A stretch of 64,000 nt of DNA from Okamejei kenojei (GCA_035221665.1 CM069139.1:4030001-4094000), one strand, 5' to 3'; shown: positions 24,611-36,750, counted from the stretch's first letter. Translations and numbers: made by a program. Notes: generated from the letters alone by a model not told the origin.

Positions 24611-24941
24611 AAAAAATGATTGTGATCACAATACTCTGAGTGCAGCCTCACCATTTCTTGTAAGATGGGCTTGGTCAATAACTCTTCATTCGTTGAACCT
24701 GATGATGAGGGCAGCTGTGGGATTCTGCCATTTACTGCCAGGGTTCGTGTAGATTTGTCTCAGAACAGCCTACAGACCAAGCCCCTTTGACCGTTGACTC
24801 TGACCAGACCCAGTCTGACCTGGGCAAGTTCGGTGCTGCATTCTGTGGGGGCCAGGGGAAGATCACAGCAGCCCAGGCCGCTCGCTGGAGTTTGATACAG
24901 CAATGGACACTGGCACTTCAGACCCACCCCTCCCTGCTGAC

Positions 24942-25064
24942 CAGTTGCCCCTTTCCTGGTGACGTCGTGAAATGCCTGCGGGCAGACTGCCCGGAGCTAG
25001 GGTCAGGAATCTGGGACACATATGTCATGATTGGATTCTCATTGGATTCTCTAAACGGCATGAT
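24942..25064 (-). CDS. SYNE2: Nesprin-2 CH2 C-terminal exon (..NENPIMTYVSQ..), frameshifted
   Basis: CGGCAG|AT phase-1 acceptor. IMTYVSQ corresponds to the conserved CH2 motif PDEKSIMTYVAQF. Donor position uncertain. Confidence 0.7.
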
Positions 25065-25129
25065 CTGCCGAGGCTGAGGAGCCATACAAGGGTGGCAGTT
25101 AGACCCCGTATCACCCCTCCAAGCATACC

Positions 25130-26500
25130 CCCCACCCCACCCACTCACGCCACCCACTGCCCCCACACCCCCCAACCGCTGCCCACACTCCCCCCCCACC
25201 CGCTCTGCCCCCTAACCCCCCACCCACTGCAGCACACCCCCACCTCCCCACTGCTGCCACACCCCCCACACCCCCCACTGCAACCCCCCACCCACTGCCA
25301 GGCCAACACCCCCCACCGCCTGACCCCACACCCCCCACCCACGCCCCCACACCCCAACCCACTGCCCCACAACCCCTACCAACTGAAGCCCACACCCCTC
25401 ACACCCACTGCTGCCAACACCCCATCCCACTGCCCCCTCACCCCCCCCCACTGCAAGCCACTCCCCCCAACCTACTGCAGCCACCACCCCCCCCCCACTG
25501 CCCACACTCCCCCCACACGCTGCCCAACACTCCCCCACCCCCTACTGCAGCCACTCCCCCACCCACTTGCCCCCACACACCCACCCACTGCAGCCACACC
25601 CCCCCACCCTCTGCAGCCACACCCCCCCACCCACTGCCCCACACCCCCACCACTGCAGCTCACCTCACCACCAACCCACTGCCCCCACCACACCCCCCGC
25701 CCATGCCCCACACTCCACCCCTCCACCCCCCCCCCCCCAACCCACTGCAGCAACACCCCCCCTCACACCCACTGCCCCCACACCCCCACCCCACTGCCCC
25801 CCACACCCCCACTCCACTGCCCCACACCCCCCACCCACTGCAGCCACACACCCCAACCCAACTGCCCCACACCCCCCACCCCCCACTGCCCCCACACCCC
25901 CCACCCACTGCAAGCCCACACCCCCCCACCACTGCCCCCACACCCCCACCCACTGCCCCACACCCCCTAGCCCCACACCTCCAACCCACTGCAGACCACA
26001 CCCCCCCACCCGCTGCCCCCACACCCCCAACCAATGCCCCACACCCCCCACCCACTGCAGCCACACACCCCACCCACTGCCCCACACCCCCCCACCCGCT
26101 TGCCCAACACCCCCACCCACTGAGCCCACACCCCCACCCACTGCCCCACACCCCCCCACACACTGCCCCCAACCCAATGCCCCCACACCCCCACCCACTG
26201 CAGCCACACCCCCCAAACCGCTGCCCCCACACCCCCCCCACCACTGCCCCCACACCACTGCCCCACCACCCCACCACTGCAAGCATACACCCCCACCCGC
26301 TTGGCCCACACACCCCAACCACTGCCCCCTCACCCCCCACACTGCAGCCACACCCCCCCCACTGCACACCCACCCACTGCCCCACACCCACCCACCCACT
26401 GCCCCACCACCATCCCCACCCCATCCTACTCCCCCACCCCTCACAAGCATACACACCCCACTGCCCCCACCCACTCCGCCCACCACTCCATCGCCCCCCA
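25130..26500. repeat. C-rich minisatellite (CCCACTGCCCCACACCCC / CCCACTGCAGCCACACCCC)
   Basis: Dozens of imperfect ~20-24 bp copies. Confidence 0.92.
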
Positions 26501-26521
26501 CCCCTTGTTGCTCCCCCTCAC

Positions 26522-26724
26522 CGTGGGGTCGAGCGCCGGGGGATGTCCGAGGATGTATTCTGCGGTGGTTGTAGATGTTGTTGAGTGTGTGGGTAGGGGA
26601 AGCGAGTGCTGGAGCTGGGTGGGGGGAAGCACCCAGGGTTGTGCAGACTGTTCACCAGCGCTGCAAACGCATCGCCCGTCCCGCAGCTCTCGCCAAAGTC
26701 ACGGGATAGGACACCAGCGTCCCC
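26522..26724 (-). CDS. SYNE2: Nesprin-2 CH2 central exon (DFGES..TG.AFAALVNSL...AEYILG.P..LDP), frameshifted
   Basis: TTCCAG|G acceptor and CG|GTGAGG donor. The pieces correspond to the CH2 motifs DFxxSWRxGxAFLAIIHAL and AExELxIPRLLxPE. Confidence 0.7.
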
Positions 26725-26849
26725 CTGGAACACACAGGATGCACCGTCACACCTGGGTACATGGAACACGGCTCCCATACCGCACCCTAATGCAAAACAC
26801 CAAAACACCGAACACAACTCGTGTTCCCGTGTGTTCGGTGTCCGTTTAA

Positions 26850-29010
26850 TGGGAAGATATTTAAAGACTAGCATGATGAACTACAAAAACTTGTTCATCC
26901 CAGTTGGCACAAAAGAAATAAATCGGGGAGGTAGTGCATCCGGGATAACAAGGGGAAATCAGGAATAGTATCAAAGCAAAGGATGATGCGTACAAAGTAG
27001 CCAGAAAAAGCAGCCATACCAGAGGACTGGGAGAAATTCAGAGACCAGCAGGAGGGAGGACAAGGGGCTTAATTAGGATAGAAAATAGATTATGAAAGAA
27101 AACTGGCAGGGAAATAAAACTGACTGAAAAAGTTTTTATAATATGTGAAGAGAAGAGGTAGTTAAAAACCATTGTAGGTCCCTTGCAGTCAGAAACAGGT
27201 GAGGATGATCATGGGGAACAAGGAGTTATGGGCGGACCAATTGATATAATGACTTTGGTTCCGTTCTTCACTATGGAAAGACATAAAAAATCTGCCGGAA
27301 ATAGCAGTGGGATCTGTGGGTCAAAGGAGGAATCTGAGTGAAATCCCAGGTCAGTCGGGAAGAGGATGTTGGCGTAAATTGTAAGATTAAAGTCCGTATA
27401 AATCCCCAGGGCCAGATAGGCTGCATCCCAGAGTACTTAAGAAAGTAGCTCAGGAAATAGTGGATGCATTAGTGATAATCTTTCAAAACTCTTTAGATTC
27501 TGGAGGTAGTTCCTGAGGGATTGGCGGGTAGCAAATGGTTACCCCTCTTTTTTAAGAGGGAGGGAGAGAGAAAACGGGTGAATTACGACCAGATAGGTCT
27601 AACATCGGTTAGTGGGGAAAAACTGCGAGAGTCAGTTATTAAGATGGTGATAGCAGCACATTTGGAACATATTGGGTGAAATCTTGGACAAAGTAGCATG
27701 GATTTACAATGGTAAAATCATTGTCTGACAGAATCTTGTGGAATTTTTCGAGGATGTAACTAGTAGCGTGGATAAGGGAGAACCAGTGGATGTGGTATAT
27801 CTGGACTTCCAGAAGGCTGTGTCGACAAGGGTCCCACTTAAGAGATTAGTATACAAACTTAAAGCATACTTGGATTAGGTGTTCAGTATTGATGTGGATA
27901 GAGAACTGGTGGCAAACAGGAAGCAAAGAGTAGGAGTAAACGGTTTTTCACAATGGCAGGCAGTAACTAGTGGGGGACCGCAGGGGCTCAGTGCTGGGAC
28001 CCAGTTGTTTACATAATATATTAATGATCTGGATGAGGAATTTGAAAGGCATATCTCCAGTTTGCGGATGACACTAAGCGGGGGGCAGTGTTCGCTCGTG
28101 AGGAGGATGCTAGGAGACTGCTAGGTGACTTGGATAGGCTGGCGTGAGTGGGCAAATGTTTGCAGATGCAGTCATAAATGTGGATAAATGTGAGGTTATC
28201 CACTTTGGTGGCAAAAAAACAGGAAAGCAGACTATTTATTTAAATGGTGGCGTATTAGGAAAAGGGGGAGATGCAGCTCGAGACCTGCGGTGTCATGGTA
28301 CACCAGTCATTTGAAAGTGGCATTTGCAGGATGCAGTAGGCAGTGAAAAAGCGAATGGTATGTTAGCTTTCATAGCAAAAGATTGAGTACAGGAGAGGGA
28401 GGTATCCTATTCAGTTTGTATAGGGTTCTGGGAGACGACCACACCTGGAGTATTGCGTACAGTTTTGGTCTCCAAATCTGAGGAAGGACATTATTGCCAT
28501 AGAGGGAGTGAGAGAAGGTTTCACCAGACTGAGTTCCTGGGATGTCAGGACTGTCTTATGAGAATGGGACTTGGATAGACTCGGTTTATTACTCTTGAAA
28601 TTTAGAGATTTATAGAAACTTACAAAATTCTTAAGGGAGTTGGACAGGCTAGATGCAGGAAGATTGTTCCCGATTGTTGGGGAGTCCTGGACAAGGGGTC
28701 ACAGCTTAAGGGATAAGGGGGAAGGAAATCCTTTAGACAGAAGGATGAGAAAGGACTTTTTTTCACAAGGTGTGGTGAGTCTCTGGAACTCTCTGCCACA
28801 GAGGGTAGTATGAGGCCAGTTCATTGGTTTATTTAAGAAGTGTAGTTGGATGTGGCCCTTGTGGCTAAGGGGATCAGAGAGGTTATGTGAGAAGGGAGGT
28901 ATGGGGATACTGAGTTGGGATGATCAGCCATGATCATATTGAATGGCGGGTGCAGGCTCGAAGGGCTGAATGGCCTACTCCTGCACCTAATTTCTATGTT
29001 TCTATGTTTT
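26850..29010 (+). mobile_element. CR1 LINE, 5'-truncated (RT to 3' end)
   Basis: KSPGPD.LHPRVLK, DVVYLDFQKA and SKFADDTK; 3' hairpin GGTGCAGG...CCTGCACC (28949-28988); (TTTCTATG)n tail. Confidence 0.92.
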
Positions 29011-29097
29011 ATGCATGGACCGGTCAAAGAACACGGCTTCACACATGCTGGGTACATGGAAAACGGCCCGCTCCCCACCCCCCCCCCACCCGCCCGC

Positions 29098-29276
29098 CAT
29101 TAATGGCCTTGTCCTGGGCCCAGTGGAGCAGGGCCTGTCGGGCCGAGCCCCCGCTGCCACTGGAAAGCGGGCCCACTCCTTGAGTGGGGGGGTCCCCGTG
29201 GGGATGGGGGTGACATCGGGAACCAAGATGTCTCTCGCTGGGGGTCTCGCTGTAACCCAGGGTCAGGACCTTCCAT
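29098..29276 (-). CDS. SYNE2: Nesprin-2 CH1-CH2 linker/CH2 start exon (ME...VPDVTPIPTGTPPLK...SARQALLHWAQDK), frameshifted
   Basis: CCACAG|ATG acceptor. SARQALLHWAQ matches recalled SARKALLLWAQ. The pieces fall in three frames and the donor is unclear. Confidence 0.75.
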
Positions 29277-29309
29277 CTGTGGCGCAAAACAGGCAGTCAT
29301 GGAAATGAA

Positions 29310-31440
29310 CCCCACAAACCAGCCCAAACCCCGCCTGGACCACTGTACACCCAAAAACCCCAGCTGACACTGTACCCCACAACCCAGCCCTACACTGTAC
29401 CCAACGCCAGCCCTGACACTGTACCCACAACCAGCCTGACACTGTTCCCCAAACCCCAGCCTGACACTGTACCCCAAACCCAAGCCTTACACTGTACCCC
29501 AAACCCCCAGGCCTGGACACTGTAACCCGACCCACGCCCTGACACTGTACCCAACCCCAGCCCTGGGACACTTGTACCCCAAACCCAGCCATGACATGTA
29601 CACCCAAACCCCATCCCTGACATGTACCCACCAACCCAGCCCTGACTATACCCCACAAACCCAGCCCTGACACTGTACCACAACCAGCCTGACACTGTTA
29701 CCCAACCCCCAGCCTCGACACTGTACCCACAAACCGCTCTGACACTGTACAAACTGACACGCAAACCAGCCTGGACACTGTACCCACACACCCAGCCCTG
29801 ACACTGTACCCCACAAACCCAGCTCCTGACACTGTACCCCACCAGGCCCTGACACTGTACCCAGCCCACTGTACCCACAACCAGCCCGTCAAACCCCAGC
29901 CCTGACACTGTAAACCACAACCCAGCCCGTGACACCCCAAACCCAGCCCTACCCCACAACCCACACTGTAACCCCTAGCCGGAACATAACCCAGCCCTGA
30001 CACTGTCACCTGACACTGTACCAAACCCCAGCCCTGACACTGTACCCCACAAACCCCAGACCTGACACTTGTACCCCACAACCCAGCTTAACCTGACACC
30101 TGTAACCCCAAGCCTGTCAGTACCCACAACCCCACTGGACACTGTACCCCAAACCCCAGCCTGACACTGTTTACACCACAACCCCAGCCTGTACCCCACA
30201 ACCCAGCACAGACACTTTACCCACAACCCCCCCAGCCTTGACACTGTACCCCACAAACCCTGACACTGTAACCCACAAATCAACCCAGCCCTGACACTGT
30301 ACCCCACAACCCAGCCCTGACCACTTCCACCACCCAACAACCCATCCCTGACACTGTACCCACAAACCCAGCCCTGACACTGTACCCCACAACCCCATCC
30401 TGACACTGACCCAGCCCATACCCCAACAGCCTGAAACACTGTAAACCCCAAACCTCCCAGCCCTAGACACTACCCCCACAACCCAGCCCTGACACTGTAA
30501 CCCCAAACCCCAGCCGCCCTGACACTGTACCCCACAACCCAGCCCTGTCACTGTAGCCCCACAACCCACCTGACACTGTACACCCAAACCCAGCCCTGAC
30601 ACTGTACCCCCAAACCCCAGCCCTGACAAACTGTACCCCACAACCCCAGCCCTGACACCTGTACCCCACAACCCAGCCCTGACACTTAAACCCCACAACC
30701 ACAGCCCCTCTGACACGTTACCCAAACCCAGCCCTGACACTGTAACCCCCACGAAAACCCAGCCCCTGACACTGTACCCCACAAAGAAAGACCACCAAAC
30801 ACCAGCCCTGACACGTACCCCAAACCCAGCCACTGAGGCCCTTGACACTGTACCCCAAACCCCAGCCCCACACACCAGTACCCCAACTCCCAGCCCAGAC
30901 ACTGTACCCCAAACCCCAGCCCTGACACTGTACCCCAAACCCCAGCCCTGACACTGTACCCCACAACCCAGCCCTGACACTGTACCCCAAACCCCAGCCC
31001 TGACACTGTACCCCCACAAACCCCCACCCTGACACTGACCCCCAAAACCCAGCCCTGTACCCACCCCAAACCCCACCCTGACACTGAACCCCAAACCCCA
31101 AGCCCTGACACCCCACCCCCAAACCCCAGCCCTGACACTGTACTACCCCACAACCCCCCACACTGACCCCACCCAGCCCTGACACTGTACCCCACAACCC
31201 AGCCCTGACACTGTACCCCAAACCCCAGCCCTGACACTGTACCCCAACCCCAGCCCTGACACTGTACCCCAACCCCAGCCCTGACACTGTAACCCCCAAA
31301 CCCCAGCCCTGGGGACACTGAACCCCAAAACACCAGCCCTGACACTGTACCCCAAACCCCAGCCCTGACACTGTACCCCAAACCCCAGCCCTGACACTGT
31401 ACCCCAAACCCAGCCCTGACACTGTACCCCAAACCCAGCA
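29310..31440. repeat. ~27-bp minisatellite (CCCTGACACTGTACCCCAAACCCCAG)
   Basis: About 2.1 kb of tandem copies, most regular at 30850-31440. Confidence 0.97.
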
Positions 31441-31554
31441 CCAACTAAACGTAAATCTGAACTCCCTACGCGTTTATCTCTTCTCTCCCCCATCAAGCAA
31501 GAGGTGCAGCATGAACATGCACACAGCCAGACTCAGGACAGTTTCTTCCCAGCT

Positions 31555-32300
31555 CTTTAGTTTAGATTAGAGATACGGGTGGAAACAGGCCCTTCGCCCA
31601 CTGACACTGCGTCGACCAGCGATCCCCATCCCCAGCACTATCCTACACACTCCTTACATATAGAGCAAGCCAATTAACCTACAAACCTGCGCGTCTTTGG
31701 AGTGTGGGAGGAAACCAGAGCACCCGTAGAATTTGAGTATAGGAGTAAAGAGGTCCTTCTGCAGTTGTATAGGGCCCTGGTGAGACCACATCCGGAGTAT
31801 TGTGTGCAGTTTTGGTCTCCTAATTCTCCCAATGCACCAGGTTAATTCCCGGGATGGCGGGACTGTCATATGAGGAAAGACTGGGCTTGTGTTTACTGGA
31901 ATTTAGAAGGATGAGGGGGATCTTATAGAAACATATGAAATTATAAAAGGACTGGACAAGCTAGATGCAGGAAAAATGTTCCCATTGTTGGGGGAGTCCA
32001 GAACCAGGGGCCACAGTGTAAGAATAAAAGGGAGGCCATTTAAAACTGAGATTTGAAGGAAAAAAAATTCACCCAGAGAGTTGTGAATCTGTGGAATTCC
32101 CTGCCAGAGGGGGCAGTGGAGGCTGAATCACTGGATGGATTTAAAAGAGAGTTAGATAGAGCTCTAGGGGCTAGTGGTAATCAAGGGATATGGGGAGAAG
32201 GCAGGCACGTGGATGATCAGCCATGATCACAATGAATGGCGGTGCTGGCTCGAAGGGCCGAATGGCCTCCTCCTGCACCTATTTCCTGTTTCTATGATTA
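31555..32300. mobile_element. V-SINE piece (minus, 31555-31725) joined to a CR1 3' end (plus, 31727-32297)
   Basis: SINE V-domain on the minus strand; [18 protein letters not shown] and the CR1 3'UTR on the plus strand. Confidence 0.8.
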
Positions 32301-32450
32301 CTGGAACTTATCTAGCACTGAATGTTATTCCCTTTATCCTGTGTCTGTATACTATGGACGGCTCGATTGTAATCATAGACGGTCTTTCTGTAACAAAAGC
32401 TTATGACTGTACCTCTCTACACGTGACAATAAACTAAAGTAAACAGCGGT

Positions 32451-32662
32451 CGTTAGAGTGGTAGAGACCCAGAGTTAGAGTGGTAGAGACCCAGAGTTAG
32501 AGTGGTAGAGACCCAGAGTTAGAGTGGTAGAGACCCACAGTTAGAGTGGTAGAGACCCACAGTTAGAGTGGTAGAGACCCACAGTTAGAGTGGTAGAGAC
32601 CCAGAGTTAGAGTGGTAGAGACCCAGAGTTAGAGGGTAGGGGGTAATGGGGTAGAGACCCAC
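32451..32662. repeat. 22-bp tandem repeat (GTAGAGACCCAGAGTTAGAGTG), abutting a splice donor
   Basis: About 9 near-perfect copies with period 22. Confidence 0.97.
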
Positions 32663-32755
32663 CTGGAAGTGGAGGATGATGGCCCAGACCAGGCCCAGGA
32701 CCACGGTGGGTTTCCCCGCCACCACATCCGGCACGTTGATGTTGACCAGCGTCAC
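32663..32755 (-). CDS. SYNE2: Nesprin-2 CH1 exon (VTLVNINVPDVVAGKPTVVLGLVWAIILHFQ)
   Basis: TTACAG|GTG acceptor and CAG|GTGGGT donor; 93 nt, phase 0-0. Classic CH1 actin-binding motif LxNIxxxDIxxGxPxxILGLIWxIILHFQ. Confidence 0.95.
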
Positions 32756-32905
32756 CTGTAACACCAAGGACAGTGGCCGTCACTGACCAGTCCTCCCCGA
32801 CCCTGCCCAGCTTGTCCCAGCCCAGCCCACACCCCCTCCCCCCGCCACACTCCACCCCCAGCCCGGCCCTATCCATGGGGAGGGGCGACTCCGTCTACAA
32901 CTCAC

Positions 32906-32986
32906 CGACTGGGTGGCCAGGAACCGTAGGGCCGTCTCCACATTGCTCCTCCAGTGGGCGGGGTCGCTCCGGTCCCTCTCATGGTC
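32906..32986 (-). CDS. SYNE2: Nesprin-2 CH1 exon (DHERDRSDPAHWRSNVETALRFLATQS)
   Basis: GTCAG|GAC acceptor and TCG|GTGAGT donor; 81 nt, phase 0-0. NVETALRFL corresponds to the CH1 motif NIxxALxFL. Confidence 0.9.
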
Positions 32987-32999
32987 CTGACAGGAGACA

Positions 33000-33490
33000 A
33001 GCACCCTGGGGTCACCACACAGCACCCTGGGACACAGCACCCTGGGGTCACCACACAGCACCCTCAACCACACACACCCAGGGGTCAACCACACACCCTG
33101 GTTCACCACACAGACCCTGCACCCTGGGGTGGACACCACTGGGTCAACCACACAGGGGGTTACACACCCTACAGTACCCTGGACACAGCACCCAGGAAGT
33201 CAACACAGCAGTCCGGTCACAGCACCCGGGCCACCACACACACCCTGGGGTAACCCTGAGTGGGGACACAGCACCACAGCACCCTGGACACAGCACCCTG
33301 GGGACACAGCACCCTGGGGTCACCCTACATCTAACTCACCCCCACAGCCACACCCTCCCCCCCATTACCCACAAACTCCCCTCCCCCTCCCCCCACCCAC
33401 ACCCCGCCCTCGCCCCCCACCCACACCCCCCGCCCTCCCCCCCACCCACACCCCGCCCTCCCCCCCACCACACCCCTGCCCACAGCCCCC
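33000..33490. repeat. CACAGCACCCTGGGG minisatellite followed by C-rich low complexity
   Basis: Repeated CACAGCACCCTGGG(GTCACCA) units. Confidence 0.8.
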
Positions 33491-33624
33491 CATGCGAGAG
33501 CAACACATTATATTCAATGTGGACACAAGGAACTGCAGATGCCGGTCTACACAAAGGTAACTCGAGGTCAGGCAGCTTCTGTGGGGGACACAGTTAGGTG
33601 ACGACTGGCTCGGTGTTTGCTCAC

Positions 33625-33720
33625 CAGCTGGTGTCCGGAGAGCACCTCCAGTAAGTCCAGGAGCTGGTGTCCATCGCAGAGATCCTGGAACAGGTCGCAG
33701 ACCACGGACGGGGTGGGGTG
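33625..33720 (-). CDS. SYNE2: Nesprin-2 CH1 exon (HPTPSVVCDLFQDLCDGHQLLDLLEVLSGHQL)
   Basis: CTCCAG|CAC acceptor and CTG|GTGAGC donor; 96 nt, phase 0-0. Closest to recalled human SYNE2 HTSPSVISDLFTDIKKGHVLLDLLEVLSGQQL. Not shown in this frame by the ORF track. Confidence 0.95.
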
Positions 33721-35789
33721 CTGGAGTGGACAAAGGCAACACTGTTACTCACTGCCCTGTGGCCAAAGTCGGCCCTCACCTGTTGACATGGACATTGATG
33801 AGACATTGGATAGGCTGGGAATGAACAGGGTGGTGAATCTGTGGAATTCATCGCCACAGACAGCTGTGGAGGCCAAGAATGGATATATTTAAGGCAGAGA
33901 CGATAGGTTCTACATTAGTACGGGTGTCAGGGGTTATGGGGCGAAGGCAGGAGAATGGGGTTAGGAGGGAGAGATAGATCAGCCATGATTGAATGGCGGA
34001 GTAGACTTGATGGGCTGAATGGCCTAATTCTGCTCCTGTCACTAATGAACTTGTTTCTTTGTAGCGTAAGAGGCTGAGCAACGACCTTGTTATAGAGACA
34101 CCCAGCCCGCAAACAAACCCTTCGGCCCAACTCGGCCATGCTGCCCAATCTACACTAGCCCCACCTGCCCGAGTTTGGCCCACATCCCTCTAAACCTTTC
34201 CTGTCCATGGACCTGCACAAGGGACAGGAGGAACTGCTTCCTCTGTCTGCTTGCTCCATGTGCCCACCACCTGACTGGGATGTACAAGACCACGAGGGGT
34301 ACAGGTTGTTGGCGAGACCACGCCTGGAGCACTGTGTGCAGGTCTGGTCACCCAGCCACAGGAAGGATGTCAGTGAGTTGGAAAAGGATGCAGAGGAGCT
34401 TCACCAGGATGTCTCCTGGGCTTGCAGGCTTGAGTTATCGGCAGAGGTTGGACGGGCCTGGGACTTTTTGCCATGGATGGCCGGAGTCTGTGGGGGTGAC
34501 CTTACAGAGGTTTATAAGTTCACTGGTCCAAGTGGGGCCCGTTGGGTCACTGTCACACGGGAGGCGTGGTCCCCCAACTCAACCCGTTCCTGAACATAAG
34601 ATTCCAGCACTCCCCTGCCTCCCTCAGCACTGGACTTAAAACAAATTCCATTTGCACTTCCCCTGTTCTGGCCCTCCCCCTCCTGTTGAAGCACTTGCTG
34701 CGATATCCCATTGAGGTGAAAAGTTCAGAGTGTTCCTGTCTTTGCATTGAAGTGTGTTGGAAGCTGGCAGGAAGGATTTTAACAGTAAAAATCGTGTTAA
34801 ATTTGTTTTTAAAGCTTTAATCATCAATAACATGAAATAGCATGAAATCGGGAACCTGATTACAGCGTGGAGGGGAAAAATGTGAGTTAGAATATGTAAA
34901 ATAATTCAGCGCCAACGCGTAGCGTTTTGAAGAAGATACAAAACTTACATCCACGCACACGCACGCATACAAGAGACTTTTAGTAGATACATAGATAGAC
35001 CGACAGACAGATAGATAGATAAGTGATAGGAGCAGAGTTAGGCCATTCAGACAATCAAGTCTACTTTGCCATTCAATCATTAAAAAACTTTATGAATCCA
35101 TGAGCAGCATAGGTTAGGTGTGTGCTTACAATCTTTATCCCAGGGTAGAGGAGTTCAGAACTAGAGGGTATAGGTTTAATGTGCGAGGAGAAAGATTTAA
35201 AAGAGAGCTGAGGGGACATTTTCTTCACTCGGGGTGGTGGGCATGTGTGAGGAGCGGCCAGAGGAAGCTGTACGGCTGGGTACAACGGAGACAATAAATA
35301 GACACAGACAGGAACGTGGATAGGAAAGGTTTACAGGGATATGGGCCAAACGCAGGCAGGGGGGGCTAGCTCAGTTATAGTACTTGGTTAGTGAGGACGA
35401 GTTGGGCCGAAGGGCCTGATTCTGTGCTGTGTGGCCGTGTCTAATTGTCAAGGGTGTGAGGTGTATGGTCTGCTACTATTAGTCACATGTACCGAGGTAC
35501 AGAGATATTAATTGTATACAGTTCAGTGCCAGTGTCACTCTACAGAAGCACTGATACACCTCAGATGAGCACCTCCGACACAGTACAAGTGTAGTACACA
35601 CAGTACACAGAGCCGCCAGTTGGCACCGTAAAGGTTTCAAACCTGGAGCAGACACAAAGAGGCTTGTGCCATTAATGCCAGGCTTTGCCCGTACATTGGC
35701 TCTGGCGTTTGGGCAGATGGCGGGTTCCTGAGACAGTGTGTTTGCCGGGACTCGTCGTGTACCCGAGTGCCATGTACCAGAATGCCGTG

Positions 35790-35980
35790 AGCCAGTGCCG
35801 TGTGCCAGAGTCCGTGTGCCAGTGCCGTGTGCCAGTGCCGTGTGCCAGTGCCGTGTGCCAGTGCCGTGTGCCAGTGCCGTGTCCAGTGCCCGTGCCAGTG
35901 CCGCCATCCGTGGCCAGTGCCGTGTGCCAGTGCCGTGTGCCAGTGCCGTGTGCCAGTGCCGTGTGCCAGTGCCGTGTGCT
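35790..35980. repeat. 13-bp tandem repeat (AGTGCCGTGTGCC)
   Basis: About 14 copies, ending ~20 bp from the donor of the exon at 35999. Confidence 0.95.
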
Positions 35981-35998
35981 CGGGTGTCTCAGCCCTAC

Positions 35999-36060
35999 CT
36001 TTGCCAGCTGGGCGTTGATCCAGTTCGTGAAAATCCGTTTCTGCACCTGATCCTGATCAA
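35999..36060 (-). CDS. SYNE2: Nesprin-2 first CH1 exon ((V)DQDQVQKRIFTNWINAQLAK)
   Basis: TGCCAG|TT acceptor (phase 1) and AAG|GTAGGG donor; 62 nt. Carries the VQKxxFTxWIN CH1 signature. Confidence 0.95.
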
Positions 36061-36084
36061 CTGGCAACACAAAATCAGCACAGT

Positions 36085-36750
36085 CAGGGGGAGTGAGGGA
36101 GGGAGGAAGGGGAGGGGGGAAGAGGGGGAGTGGAGGGGGAGGGAGGGGTGGGAGGGAGGGGAGTGAGGGAGGGGAGGGGAGGGAGTGAAGGAGGGGAGTG
36201 AGGAGGGGGAGTGGAGTGAGGGAGTGAGGGGGAGGGAGATTGGGGGGAGTGAGGAGGGAGTGAAGGAGGGGGGAATAGAAGGGGAGGGGAGGATGGGAGG
36301 GGGAGGAGGGGAGGGGAGTGGAGGGGGAGGGCTTGGGGGGAGTGAGGGAGGGAGGGGGGAGGTCGGGGGGTGATGTCGAGAGGAGGGGGCTGGGGAGGGG
36401 AAATGACGGTACTGGGGAGTAAAGGGAGGTGGAGGAGTGAGGGGAGGAAGAGTGAGGGAGGAGGGCAAGAGGGGAGGAGGGATATAAGTGTAGTAGGGGA
36501 GGGTGAGTGAGGAGAGGTGGAGGGTGCCCGACTTGCGGGGAGAAGACGTGGATGCGAGGGGGCCGGGGGAGGGGGAGTGCGGGGAGGGGGGAGGTAAGAG
36601 TGAGTGGAAGTGGGCTAGCGTTGGTCGGAGAATGGTGTACGTCTCTGGGCTGGGAGAGGAGCGGGGGGTGTGGGCGAGGGAGTGGCTTGTGCGGGTAGAG
36701 AGGGGAGTGGAGGCGAGGTATGGGAGGGGGCGTGGGTGGCAGGGGGCGGG
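36085..36750. repeat. Purine/G-rich low-complexity tract (GGGGAGTGAGGGAG)
   Basis: Almost entirely G/A from 36085 to 36500, then noisy. Confidence 0.85.

Noticed and set aside
24972-31496. Long Pro/His/Thr- or Gly/Val/Trp-rich ORFs (up to 335 aa)
   Set aside because: They are translations of stop-poor minisatellites, open in several frames on both strands. The same applies at 7194-8414 and 35672-36907, apart from the true exons they overlap.
32451-32662. CRISPR-like appearance of the regular 22-bp array (also the 30-bp and 27-bp arrays)
   Set aside because: Head-to-tail repeats with no unique spacers, no cas genes, and a eukaryotic intronic context.
32663-36060. Assignment of the CH exons to SYNE1, calmin, dystrophin or utrophin
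   Set aside because: H..PSV..DLF.D...GH.LLDLLEVLSG.QL and the downstream ASYMGKE and VDRWLD exons fit recalled nesprin-2 better. A phylogeny would be needed to confirm orthology.
8151-36060. Calling the whole SYNE2-like gene a pseudogene
   Set aside because: Twelve exons have intact frames, consensus splice sites and compatible phases within each run; the disruptions coincide with regions where repeats show the same indel noise.
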